This document shows positions 29,301-43,042 of a stretch of DNA of 64,000 nucleotides, one piece after another. The notes under the pieces were generated by a model. It was not told the origin of the DNA. It was given only the letters and a program-made list of their open reading frames with translations, and searched no databases. Every line of letters starts with the position of its first letter. Position 1 is the stretch's first letter. The translations under genes were made by a program, and so were the position numbers. The DNA is taken from contig JASTWF010000369.1 of the NCBI GenBank assembly GCA_030390025.1, forward strand, positions 248,001 through 312,000, in the 5' to 3' direction. The DNA is from Squalus acanthias. Lineage: Eukaryota.

Positions 29301-32300
29301 TGAATTATCAGAAACACCCCATCTCTGGGTCTGAATTATCAGAAACTCTCAATGACTGGGTCTGAATGATCAGAAACACACACTGGTTGGCTCACAATTA
29401 TCAAAAACAGCTGTCTGGCTCTGAATTATCAGAGACAATGACTTTCTTGGTCTGAATTATCAGAGACGCCCACTCTCTGGGTCTGAAATAATATAAACAC
29501 CCACTGCCTGAATATGAATTATCCGAAGGTTGCAATGTCTGGGTCTGACTTATCAGAAACAACCACTGTCTGGTTCTGAATTATCAGAAACACCCACTGA
29601 CTGCGTCTAAATTTTCAGAAACACTCAGTGACTGGGGTTGACTTATCAGAAACAACCAATGTCTGCATCTGAATTATCGCAAACACCCTCTGTCTGGGTC
29701 AAAATGTTCTGAAACACCCACTTTCTGGCTCTGAATTATCAGAAACACACACTGCTTGGCTCAGAACTATCAGAAACAACTGTCTGGCTCTGAATTATCA
29801 GAGACAATGGCTTTCTGGGTCTGAATTATCAGAGACACTCAATGTCTGGATCTGAATTTACATAAACTCCCACTTCCTGAATATGAATTATCCGAAGGTC
29901 GCACTGTCTGAGTCTGAATTATCATTATCAACCGCTGCCTCGGACTTAATTTTCGGAACTGCAGACTGCCTGGGTCTAAATGAACAGAAACATCCACTGT
30001 CTGGATCTGAATTATCAAAAACACCACTCTGTGGGTCTGAATTTTCAGAAACACACACTGTCTGGGTAGGAATTATTAGAAGCACCAACTGTCAGCGACT
30101 GAATTATCAGACACACCTGCTGTCTGCGTGTGACTTATCAGAAACAACCTCTGTCTGGGTCTGAATTATAAGAAACAACTGTTTGGGTCTGAATTATCAG
30201 AAAATTCCACTGTTTGGCTCAGAATGATCAGAAACAACTGTCTAGCTATGAATTATCAGAGACAATGGCTTTCTCAGTCAGAATTAGCAGAGACACCCAC
30301 TGTCTGGATCTGAATTATCAGAAACACCAACTGTCTGGATGTGAATTATCAGAAACACGCTCTGTCGGCGTCTGATTTATCAAAAACAACCGCTGCATGC
30401 GTCCGACTTATCAGAAACGCCCACTGTCTGGTACTCACTTATCAGAATCACGCACTGTCTTGGTCTGCATTTTCAGAAACATCCTCTGTCTGGGACTGAA
30501 TTTTCATAAACACCCGCTGTCGGGGTCTGAATTATTAGAAACACCCACTGTCTGGGTCTGACTTAGCAGAAACACGCACTGTCTGGGTCTGAATTATCAG
30601 AAACACCCACTGTCTAGGGCTGTATTTTCAGAAACACCCAAGGTCTGCGTCTCAATTATCAGCAACACACACTGTCTGCTTCGGAATGTTCAGAAACACC
30701 CACTATCTGAGTCAGAATTATCAAAAACAACTGTCTGGCTCTGAATTATCAGGGACAATGATTTTCTAGGTCTGAATAATTAGAGACACCCACTCTCTAG
30801 GTCTGAATTAACATAAACACCCACTGCCTGAGTACGAATTTTCCGAAGGTCGCACTGTCTGTGTCTAAATTATCAGAAACACACAATCTGTGCGTCTGAA
30901 ATATCAGAAACACCCACAGTCTGGATCTGAATTATCAGAAACACCCACCATCTTTATCTAAATTATCAGAAACACCCTCTGCCTGCGTCTAACTTTTCAG
31001 AAACACCCACTGTCTGGGTCTGTATTTTCAGAAGCACCCAATGTCTGGGTCTGAATAATCAGGAACACCCACTGTTTGGCTCAGAATTAACAAAAACAAC
31101 TGTCTGGCTCTGAATTATCAGAGACAATGACTTTCTTGGTCTGAATTATCAGAGACACCCACTCTCTGGGTCTGAGTTAATATAAACGTCCATTGCCTGA
31201 AAATGAATTATCCGAAGGTCGCAATGTCTGTGTCTGAATTATCAGAAACAACCACTGTCTGGGTCTGTATTTTCAGAAACACACACTGTCTGGGTCTGTA
31301 TTTTCAGAAACACCCAAGGTCTGCGTCTGAATTATCAGAAACAGCCTCGATCTGCGTCTGACTTATCAGAAAAACCCAATGTCTGGGTCTCAATTATCAG
31401 AAACACCCAATGTCTGTGTCAGTAGTTTCAGAAGCACCCAATGTCTGGGTCTGAATTATCAGAAACAACTGTCTGGGTCTGAATTATCAGAAACATCCAC
31501 TGTCTGGGTCTGAATTATCAGAAACACCCCATGTCTGGGACTGAATTATCAGAAACACCCACTGTCTGGGTCTGAACTTTCAGAAACTCTCAATGACTGG
31601 GTCTGAATGATCAGAAACACACGCTGTTTGTCTCACAATTATCAAAAACAACTGGCTGGCTCTGAATTATCAGAGACAATGACATTCTTGGTCTGAATTA
31701 TCAGAGACACCCACTCTCTGGGTCTGAATTGATATAAACACCCATTGCCTGAATATGAATTATCCGAAGGTTGCAATGTCTGTGTCTGAATTATCAGAAA
31801 CACCCACTGTCTGCGTCTGAATTTTCAGAAACACACAATGTCTGGGTCTGACTTATCAGAAACAACCACTGTCTAGGTCTGACTTATCACAAACACCCTA
31901 TGTCTGGGTCTAAATGTTCTGAAACACCCACTTTCTGGCTCTGAATTATCAGAAACACACACTGCTTGGCTCGGAACTATCAGAAACAACTGTCTGGCTC
32001 TGAATTATCAGAGACAATGACTTTCTGGGTCTGCATTATCAGAGACACTTAACGTCTGGATCTGAATTAACATAAACTCCCACTTCCTGAATATGAATTA
32101 TTCGAAGGTCGCACTGTATGAGTCTGAATTATCAGTATCAACCGCTGCCTCGGACTTAATTTTCGGAACTGCAGACTGGCTGGGTCTAAATGAACAGAAA
32201 CATCCACTGTCTAGATCTGAATTATCAAAAACACCCCTCTGTGGGTCTGAATTTTCAGAAACACACACTGTCTTGGTAGGAATTATTAGAAGCACCCACT

Positions 32301-35300
32301 GTCAGCGACTGAATTATCTGACACACCTGCTGTTTGCGTGTGACTTATCAGAAACAACCTCTGTCTGGGTCTGAATTATAAGAAATAACTGTCTGGTCTG
32401 AATTATCATAAAATTCCACTGTTTGGCTCAGAATGATCAGAAACAACTGTCTAGCTCTGAATTATCAGAGACAATGGCTTTCTCAGTCAGAATTAGCAGA
32501 GACACCCACTGTCTGGGTCTGAATTATCAGAAACACGCTCTGTCGGCGTCTGATTTATCAAAAACAACCGCTGCATGCGTCTGACTTATCAGAAACGCCC
32601 ACTGTCTGGTTCTCACTTGTCAGAAACACGCACTGGCTGGGTCTGCATTTTCAGAAACATCCTCTGTCTGGGACTGAATTTTCATAAACACCCACTGTCG
32701 GGGTCTGAATTATTAGAAACACCCACTGTCTGCGTCTGACTTAGCAGAAACACGCACTGTCTGGGTCTGAATTATCAGAAACACCCACTGTCTGGGACTG
32801 TATTTTCAGAAACACCCAAGGTCTGCGTCTGAATTATCAGAAACAACTGTCTGGCTCTGAATTATCAGAGACAATGATTTTCTAGGTCTGAATTATTAGA
32901 GACACCCACTCTCTAGGTCTGAATTAACATAAACACCCAGTGCCTGACTGCGAATTTTCCGAAGGCCGCACTGTATGTGTCTAAATTATCAGAAACACAC
33001 AATCTCTGCGTCTGAAATATCAGAAAAACCCACTGTCTGGATCTGAATTATCAGAAACACCCACCGTCTTTGTCTAAATTATCAGAAACACACTCTGGCT
33101 GCGTGGAACTTATCAGAAACACCCAATGTCTGGGTCTGAATTATCAGTAACACCCAATGTCTGAGTCTGAATTATCAGAAACACCCACTGTTTGGCTCAC
33201 AATTATCAAAAACAACTGTCTGGCTCTGAATTATCAGCGACAATGACTTTCTTGGCCTGAATTATCAGAGACACCCACTCTCTGCGTCTGAATTAATATA
33301 AACGCCCATTGCCTGAAAATGAATTATCCGAAGGTCGCACTGTCTGTTTCTGAATTATCAGAAACAACGACTGTCTGCGTCTGAATTTTCAGAAACACAC
33401 AATGTCTAGGTCTGACATATCAGAAACAACCACTCTCTGGGTCTGAATTATCAGAAACACCCACTGACTGCGTCTGAATTTTCAGAAACACTCAATCACT
33501 GGGGCTGACTTATCAGAAACAACCACTCTCTAGGTCTGACTTATCACAAATACCCTCTGTCTGGTCTAAATTTTCTGAAACACCCACTTTCTGGCTCGGA
33601 ATTATCAGAGACAATGACTTTCTTGGTCTGAATTATCAGAGACACCCACTCTCTGGGTCTGAATTAATATAAACGCCCATTGCCTGAAAATGAATTATCC
33701 GAAGGTCGCAATGTCTGTGTCTGAATTATCAGAAACAACCACTGTCTGGGTCTGTATTTTCAGAAACACCCACTGTCTGGGTCTGTATTTTCAGAAACAC
33801 CCAAGGTCTGCGTCTGAATTATCGGAAAGTGGCTCGATCTGCGACTGACTTATCAGAAAAACCCAATGTCTGGGTCTCAATTATCAGAAACACCCAATGT
33901 CTGTGCCAGTAGTTTCAGAAGCACCCAATGTCTGGGTCTGAATTATCAGAAACATTCACTGTCTGGGTCTGAATTATCAGAAACACCCCATGTCTGGGAC
34001 TGAATTATCAGATACACCCACTGTCTGGGTCTGAATAATCAGAAATGCACTCTGTCTGGGTATGAATTATATGAAACAACCTCTGCCTTGGTCTGAATTA
34101 TCAGCAAGATCCACTCGCTGCATCTGAATTTTCAGAAACACGCATTGTCTGGGTCAGCATTATCAGAAATACCCACTGTCTGCGTCTGATTTATCAGAAA
34201 TACCCACTGTCTGCGTCTGACTTCACAGAAACACCCACTGTCTGCGTCTGATTTATCAGAAACACCCAATGTCTGGGTCTGAATTATCAGAAACACACAT
34301 GTCTGCGTCTGAATTTTCAGACTCTCTCAATGTCTGGGTCTGACATATCAGAAACAACTGTCTGGGTCGGAATTATGAAAAACACCAACTGTCTGGCAAT
34401 GAATAATCAGAAGCACCCAATGTCTGGGTCTGAATTACCAGAAATAACAACTGGCTGGATCTGAATTATCAGAAAGACCCACTGTCTGGTTCTGAATAAA
34501 CACGAAACAACATTGTATGGGTCTGAATTATCAGAAACACAAACTGTCTGACTCTGAATATCAGAACACCCATAGTCTGCAATTCACTTATTATAAACAA
34601 ACAATGTCTGGGTCTGAATTATCAGAAACACCCAATGTCTGAGTCTGAAATATCAGAAACACCCACTATCTGCATCTGATTTTTCAGAAACGCACAATCT
34701 CTGTGTCCGACTTATCAGAAAAAAACACTGTCTGGGTCTGAATTATCAGAAACACCCACTGTCTGGGACTGAATTATCCGAAACACCCACTGTCTGCGAC
34801 TGAATTAGCAAAAACACCCACTGTCTGGGTCTGAATTGTCAGAAACACACACTTCTGGCTCTGAATTATCAGACACCGCCACTGTCTGGCTCTGAATTAT
34901 CAGAAACCGACACGGTTTGGGTCAAAATTATCAGGAAGTCCAACTGTCAGTGTCTGAATGATCAGAAACACCCTCTGTCTGGGTCTGAATTATCAGAAAC
35001 AACCTCTGTCTGGGTCTGAATTATGAGAAAGACCCAATCTCTGAGTCAGTATTTTCAGAAACACCCACTCTCTGGGTTTGAATATTAGAAGCACCCATTG
35101 TCTGCGACTGAATTAACAGACACACTCACTTCCTGCATCTGACTTAACAGAAACACCCAATGTCTGGCTCTGAATTATCAGAGATACACTCTGTCTGCGT
35201 CTGAATTTACAGAAACTCTCAATGTCTGGGTCTGACATATCAGTAACAACCACTGACTTTGCCTGGATTACAAGAAACAACTGTCTGGGTCGAAATTATC

Positions 35301-38300
35301 AGAAACACCAACTCTCCGGCAATGAATTATCAGAAGCACCCAATGTCTGGCCCTGAATTATCAGAAATATCAACTGTCTGGGTCTGAATTATCAGAAAGA
35401 TCCCATCTCTGGATCAGAATTTTCAGAAACACACAGTCTCTGGGTAGGAATTATTAGAAGCACCCACTGTCTGCGACTGAATTATCAGACACACCTGCTG
35501 TCTGCGTCTGACTTATCAGAAACAACCTCTGTCTGGGTCTGAATTATCAGAAACAACCTCTGTCTGGGTCTGAATTATCAGAAACAACTGTCTGGGTCTG
35601 AATTATCAGAACATTCGACTGTTTGTCTCAGAATGATCAGAAACAACTGTCTAGCTCGGAATTATCAGAGACAATGACTTTCTCGGTCTGAATTAGCAGA
35701 GACACCCACTGTCTGGGTCTGAATTATCAGAAACAACAACTGTCTGGATCTGAATTATCAGAAACACACTCTGTCGGCGTCTGTTTTATTAAAAACTACC
35801 ACTGTCTGCATCTGACTTATCAGAAACGCCCACTGTCTGGTTCTCACTTATCAGAAACATGCACTGTCTGGGTCTGCATTTTCAGAAACACCCAATGTCT
35901 GGGTCTGTATTTTCAGAAACACCCAAGGTCTGCGTCTGAATTATCACAAACACCCTCTGTCTGCGTCGGAATGTTCAGAAACACCCACTGTCTGAGTCAG
36001 AATTATCAAGACAACTGTCTGGCTCTGAATTATTAGAGACAATGATTTCGTGGGTCTGAATGATCAGAGACACCCACTCTCTTGGTCTGAATTAACATAA
36101 ACCCCCATTGCCTGAGTACGAATTATCCGAAGGCCGCCATTTCTGTGCCTAAATTATCAGAAACACACAATCTCTGCGTCTGAAATATTAGAAACACCCA
36201 CTGTCTGGATCTGAATTATCAGGAACACCCACTGTGTGTGTCTGAATTATCAGAAACACCCTCTGCCTCTGTCTAACTTATCAGAAACACCCACTGTCTT
36301 GGTCTGAATTATCAGAAACATCCACTGTTTGGCTCACAATTATCAAAAACAACTGTCTGGCTCTGAATTATCAGAGACACCCACTCTCTGGGTCTGAATT
36401 AATATAAACGCCCATTGCCTGAAAATGAATTATCCGAAGGTCGCACTGTCTGTGTCTAAATTATCAGAAACAACCACTGTCTGCGTCTAAATTTTCAGAA
36501 ACACACAATGTCTAGGTCTGACATATCAGAAACAACCACTCTCTAGGTCTCACTTATCACAAACACCCTCTGTCTGGTCTAAATTTTCTGAAACACCCAC
36601 TTTCTGGCTCTGAATTATCAGAAACACACACTGCTTGTCTCAGAACTATCAGAAGCAACTGTCTGGCTCTGAATTATCAAAGACAATGACTTTCTGGGTC
36701 TGAATTATCAGAGACACTCACTGTCTGGATCTGAATTAACATAAACACCCACTTCCTGAATATGAATTATCCGAATGCCGCACGGTCTGTGTCTGAATAA
36801 TCAGTATCAACCGCTGCCTCGGTCTTAATTTTCGGAACTGCAGACTGCCTTGGTCTGAATGAACAGAAACATCCACTGTCTGGGACTCAATTATCAGAAA
36901 CTCCCAACGCCTGCGTCTGACTTATCAGAAACACCAACTGTCTGGATCTGAATTATCAAAAACACACACTGTCTGCGTCTGACTAACAGAAACGACCACT
37001 GTCTGGGTCTGTATTTTGAGAAACATCCACTAACTGGGACTGAATTATCAGAAACACGCACTGTCTGGGTCTGTATTTTGAGAAACATCCACTTTCTGGG
37101 ACTGAATTATCAGAAACACCCACTGTCTGGGACTGAATTATCAGAAACACCCAGTGTCTGGGTCTGTATTTTCAGAAACACCCAAGGTCTGCGTCTGAAG
37201 TTTCAGACACTGCCTCGATCTGCGTCTGACTTTTCAGAAAAACCCAATGTCTGGGTGTCAATTATCAGAAACAGCAATGTCTAGGTCAGTAGTTTCAGAA
37301 GCACACAATTTCTGGGTCCGAATTAGCAGAAACAACTTTCTGGGTCTGAATTATCAGACGACATCCACTGCCTGGGTCTGAATTTTCAGAAACAGCCCAT
37401 GTCTGGGTCTGAATTATTAGAAACACCAACTGTCTGGGTCTGACTTTTCAGAAACTCTCAATGACTGGGTCTGAGTGATCAAAAACACCCACTGTTTGGC
37501 TCAGAATTATCAAAAACAACTGTCTGGCTCTGAATTATCATAGACAATTACTTTCTGGGTCTGAATTATCAGAGGCACCCAATCTCTGGGTCTGAATTAA
37601 CATAAACACCCACTGCCTGAATATGAATTATCCGAAGGTCTCACTGTCTGTGCCTGAATTACCGAAACACACATTGTCTGCGTCTGAAATATCAGAAACA
37701 TCCACAGTCTGGATCTGACTTATCAGAAACACCCAATGTCTGGGTCGGAATTATCAGAAACGCACATGTCTGCATCTGAATTTTGTGACTCTCTCAATGT
37801 CTGGGTCTGACATATCAGAAACAACTGTCTGGGTCTGAATTATCAAAAACACCACCTGTCTGGCAATGAATAAACAGAAGCACCCAATGTCTGGGTCTGA
37901 ATTACCAGAAATAACAACTGTCTGGATCTGAATTATCAGAAAGATCCAATGTCTGGTTCTGAATAAACAAGAAAAACATTGTCTGGGACTAAATTATCAG
38001 TAACACACACTGTATGACTCTGAATATCAGAAACACCCACTATCTGCATCTGATTTTTCAGAAACACACTATGTCTGTGTCCGACTTATCAGAAACAAAC
38101 ACTGTCTGGGTCTGAATTTTCAGGAACACTCAATGACTGAGGCTGACTTATCAGAAACAAACACTCTCTGGGTCTGAATTATCACAACAACCCTCTGTCT
38201 GGGTCTGAATTATCAGAAAAAAACACTCTCTGGGACTGAATTATCAGAAACACCCACTGTCTGCGACCGAATTATCAAAAACACCCACTGTCTGGGTCTG

Positions 38301-41300
38301 AATTGTCAGAAACACACACTATCTGTCTCTGAATTATCAGACACAGCCACTGTCTGGGTCTGAATTATCAGAAACAGACACTGTTTGGGTCAAACTTATC
38401 AGGAAGTCCAACTGTCAGTGTCTGAATTATCAGAAACACCCTCTGTCTGGCTCTGAATTATCAGACACAGCAACTGTCTGGGTCTGAATTATCAGAAACA
38501 GACACTGTTTGGGTCAAAATTATCAGGAAGTCCAACTGCCAGTGTCTGAAAGAACAGAAACACCCTCTGTCTGGGTCTGAATTATCAGAAACAACCTCTA
38601 TCTGGGTCTGAATTATCAGAAAGATCCACTCTCTGAGTCTGAATTTTCAGAAACACCCACTCTCTGGGTCTGAATATTAGAAGCACCCACTGTCTGCGGC
38701 TGAATTATCAGACACACCCACTTTCTGCCTCTGACTTAACAGAAACACCCAATGTCTGGCTCTGAATTATCAGAGACACGCTCTGTCTGCGTTTGAATTT
38801 ACAGAAACTCTCAATGTCTGGGTCTGACATATCAGTAACAACCACTGACTTTGCCTGGATTACCAGAAACAACTGTCTCGGTCAAAATTATCAGAAACAC
38901 CAACTCTCCAGCAATGAATTATCAGAAGCACCCAATGTCTGGCCCTGAATTATCAGAAACATCAACTGTCTGGGTCTGAATTATCAGAAAGGTCCCCTCT
39001 CTGGGTCTGAATTTTCAGAAACACACACTCTCTGGGTAGGAATTATTGAAGCACCCACTGTCTGCGACTGAATTATCAGACACACCTGCTGTCTGCATCT
39101 GACTTATCAGAAACAACCTCTGTCTGGGTCTGAATTATCAGAAACAACTGTCTGGGTCTGAATTATCAGAGACAATGACTTTCACGGTCTGAATTAGCAG
39201 AGACACTCACTGTCTGGGTCTGAATTATCCGGAACACCAAATGTCTGGATCTGAATTATCAGAAACACACTCTGTCGGCGCCTGATTTATCAAAAACAAC
39301 CGCTGTCTGCGTCTGACTTATCAGAAACGCCCACTGTCTGGTTCTCACTTATCAGAAACACGCACTGTCTGGGTCTGCATTTTCAGAAACACCCACTGTC
39401 TGGGTCTGAATTATTAGAAAAACCCACTGTCTGGGTCTGACTTAGCAGAAACACGCACTGTCTGGGTCTGAATTATCAGAAGCACCCACTGTCTGGGTCT
39501 GTATTTTCAGAAACACCAAAGGTCTGCGTCTGAATTATCACAAACAACTGTCTGGCTCTGAATTATCAGAGACAATGTTTTTCTGGGACAGAATTGTCAG
39601 AGATACCCACTCTCTGGATCTGAATTAACATAAACACCCAATGCCTGATTACGAATTATCCGAAGGCCGCACTGTCTGTGTCTAAATTATCAGAAACACA
39701 CAATCTCTGCGTCTGAAATATCAGAAACACCCACTGTCTGGATCTGAATTATCAGAAACACCCACTGTCTGTGTCTGAATTATCAGAAACACCCTCTGCA
39801 GGCGTCTAACTTATCAGAAACACCCACTGTCTTGGTCTGAAATATCAGAAACACCCACTGTCTGGGTCTGTATTTTCAGTACACGCAATGTCTGGGTCTG
39901 AATTATCAGAAACACCCACTGTTTGGCTCACAATTATCAAAAACAACTGTCTGGCTCTGAATTATCAGAGACAACAACTTTTTTGGTCCGAATTATCAGA
40001 GACACCCACTCTCTGGGTCTGAATTAATATAAACACTCACTGCCTGAATATGAATTATCCGAAGGTCGCAATGTCTGTATCTGAATTATCAGAAACACTC
40101 ATTGTCTGGGTCTGAATTATTAGAAACACCCACTGTCTGGGTCTGACTTAGCAGAAACACGCACTCTCTGGGTCTGGATTATCAGAAACACCCACTGTCT
40201 GCGTCTGAATTATCAGAAATAAACACTGTCTGAGTCTGATTTATCAGAAACACCCACTGTCTGCGTCTGAATTTTCAGAAACACCCTCTGCAGGCGTCTA
40301 ACTTATCAGAAACACCCACTGTCTTGGTCTGAAATATCAGAAACACCCACTGTCTGGGTCTGTATTTTCAGTACACGCAATGTCTGGGTCTGAATTATCA
40401 GAAACACCCACTGTTTGGCTCACAATTATCAAAAACAACTGTCTGGCTCTGAATTATCAGAGACAACAACTTTTTTGGTCTGAATTATCAGAGACACCCA
40501 CTCTCTGGGTCTGAATTAATATAGACACTCACTGCCTGAATATGAATTATCCGAAGGTCGCAATGTCTGTATCTGAATTATCAGAAACACTCATTGTCTG
40601 GGTCTGAATTATTAGAAACACCCACTTTCTGGGTCTGACTTAGCAGAAACACGCACTCTCTGGGTCTGGATTATCAGAAACACCCACAGTCTGCGTCTGA
40701 ATTATCAGAAATAAACACTGTCTGAGTCTGATTTATCAGAAACACCCACTGTCTGCGTCTGAATTTTCAGAAACACACAATGTCTGGGTCTGACTTATCA
40801 GAAACAACGACTGTCTGGGTCTGAATTATCAGAAACACCCACTGACTGCGTCTGAATTTTCAGAAACACTCAATGACTGGGGCTGACTTATCAGAAACAA
40901 CCACTCTCTAGATCTGACTTATCACAAACACCCTCTGTCTGGTTCTAAATTTTCTGAAACACCCACTTTCTGGCTCTGAATTATCAGAAACACACACTGC
41001 TTGGCTCAGAACTATCAGAAACAACTGTCTGGCTCTGAATTATCAGAGACAATGACTTTCTGGGTCTGAATTATCAGAGACTCTCACTGTCTGGATCTGA
41101 ATTAACATAATCACTCATTTCCTGAATATGAATTATCCAAAGTTCGCACTGTCTGTGTCTGAATTATCAGTATCAACCGCTGCCTCGGTCTTAATTTTCG
41201 GAACTGCAGACTGCCTGGGTCTGAATGAACAGAAACATCCACTGTCTGGGACTCAATTATCAGAAACTCCCAATGCCTGCGTCTGACTTATCAGAAACAC

Positions 41301-42280
41301 CAACTGTCTGGATCTGAATTATCAAAAACACCCACTGTCTGCGTCTGACTAAGCAGAAACGAACACTGTCTGGGTCTGACTTATCAGAAACACGCACTGT
41401 CCGGGTCTGTATTTTGAGAAACATCCACTTTCTGGGACTGAATTATCAGAAACACCCACTGTCTGTGTCTGAATTGTTAGAAACACCCAGTGTCTGGGTC
41501 TGTATTTTCAGAAACACCCAACGTCTGCGTCTGAATTATCAGAAACAGCCTCGATCTGCGTCTGAATTATTAGAAACACCCTCTGTCTGCTTCTGAATTA
41601 TTAGAAACACACAGTCTCTCGGTCCGTATTATCACAAACACCCACTGTCTGGGTCTGTATTTTCAGAAACACCCAAGGTCTGCGTCTGAATTATCAGAAA
41701 AAGCCAATGTCTCGATCTCAGTTATCAGAAACAGCAATGTCTTGGTCAGTAGTTTCAGAAGCACACAATGTCTGGGTCCGAATTATCAGAAACAACTGTC
41801 TGGGTCTGAATTAACAGAAACAACTGTCTGGGTCTGAATGATCAGAAACATCCACTGCCTGGGTCTGAATTATCAGAAACACCCCATGTCTGGATCTGAA
41901 TTTTCAGAAACTCTCAATGACTGGGTCTGAATTATCAAAAACACACACTGTTCCGCTCAGAATTATCAAAAATAACTGTCTGGCTCTGAATTATCATAGA
42001 CAATGACTTTCTGGGTCTGAATTATCAGAGACACCCAATCTCTGGGTCTGAATTAACATAAACACCCACTGCCTGAACATGAATTATCCGAAAGTCTCAC
42101 TGTCTGTGTCTGAATTACCGAAACACACATTTTTTTGCGTCTGAAATATCAGAAACATCCACAGTCTGGATCTGAATTATCAAAGACACCCAATGTCTGA
42201 GCCTGCATTATCAGAAACACCCACTGTTTGCCTCAGAATTATCAGAAACAAATGTCTGTCTCTGAATTATTAGAGACAAT

Positions 42281-43042
42281 GCCCCAAAAATTCGACAGTT
42301 CCCGGGTGAGTACACAGTCCGTACTGACCCGAATGCATTCCCGAACTGCCGGTTTCCTGCATGCACTGCGCAAGCGCAGGAAACCGGAATTTCCGGTATG
42401 GTGAAGGGGGCGGTTCCTAGGTGAACCGCGTGCGCGCTAGAGGCTGCGAGCATGCAGCACACTTAGATTTTTTTTCAGGTTTCAACGCGAGGGTAAGTAT
42501 TGAAGATTCTACGCTAGTAAAAAGGAGGCGTAAGATCCCTTTTGAACAAGGTAAGTAGTTAATTAAGTATAATTTAAAAAAAAATTCAACAGGTTTATCT
42601 TTTTTAGATACTTTAAAGAAAGGTAAGTTTAGTTTTATAATTTTTAAAAAGTATTTTAATTTTTCCAAAAGTTTAAATTTTTGTTTAAAGTGGTTAATTT
42701 ATTTAACTATAGTTATTTTATAAATGTGATGTTTTTTTTTAATTTATTTGAAGTTTAGTTGTTCTTTTGGGGCCGATTTCAATTCACAGATTTGACATGT
42801 CTCCTGTCAAATCTATGAATGAAAGATGGTCTGCTGCCATTGGCTCTCCATGGCCCACGTGATCCCAGGGGTTGCATCGCACTAACTGCGCCCCTGGGAC
42901 ACGCAAGCACTGCGCGCCGGCTCTTCGGAGAGGCCCGGGACCCAAAGTTCCTGTGGGCCCAAAACACAACGGCAGGCATGGTGGGTAAGAGCGCGCGCGA
43001 TCCTTACCCCCGCGGCAAGCCGGCCACGCGAATTTCTAGGCC
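42281..43042. mobile_element. Non-autonomous PIF/Harbinger-type MITE, 762 bp, related to the 25640 element
   Basis: Imperfect 14-bp TIRs (GCCCCAAAAATTCG / CGAATTTCTAGGCC); ACAAT on both flanks; interior colinear with 25640-26381 (e.g. GGGGGCGGTTCCTA.GTGAACC, AACAAGGTAAGTAGTTAATTAAGTAT). Confidence 0.87.

Noticed and set aside
516..41596. Many 60-109 aa ORFs as a repetitive or zinc-finger protein
   Set aside because: 31-bp period is not a multiple of 3, stops occur in all frames, no C2H2 spacing; they are translations of the satellite.
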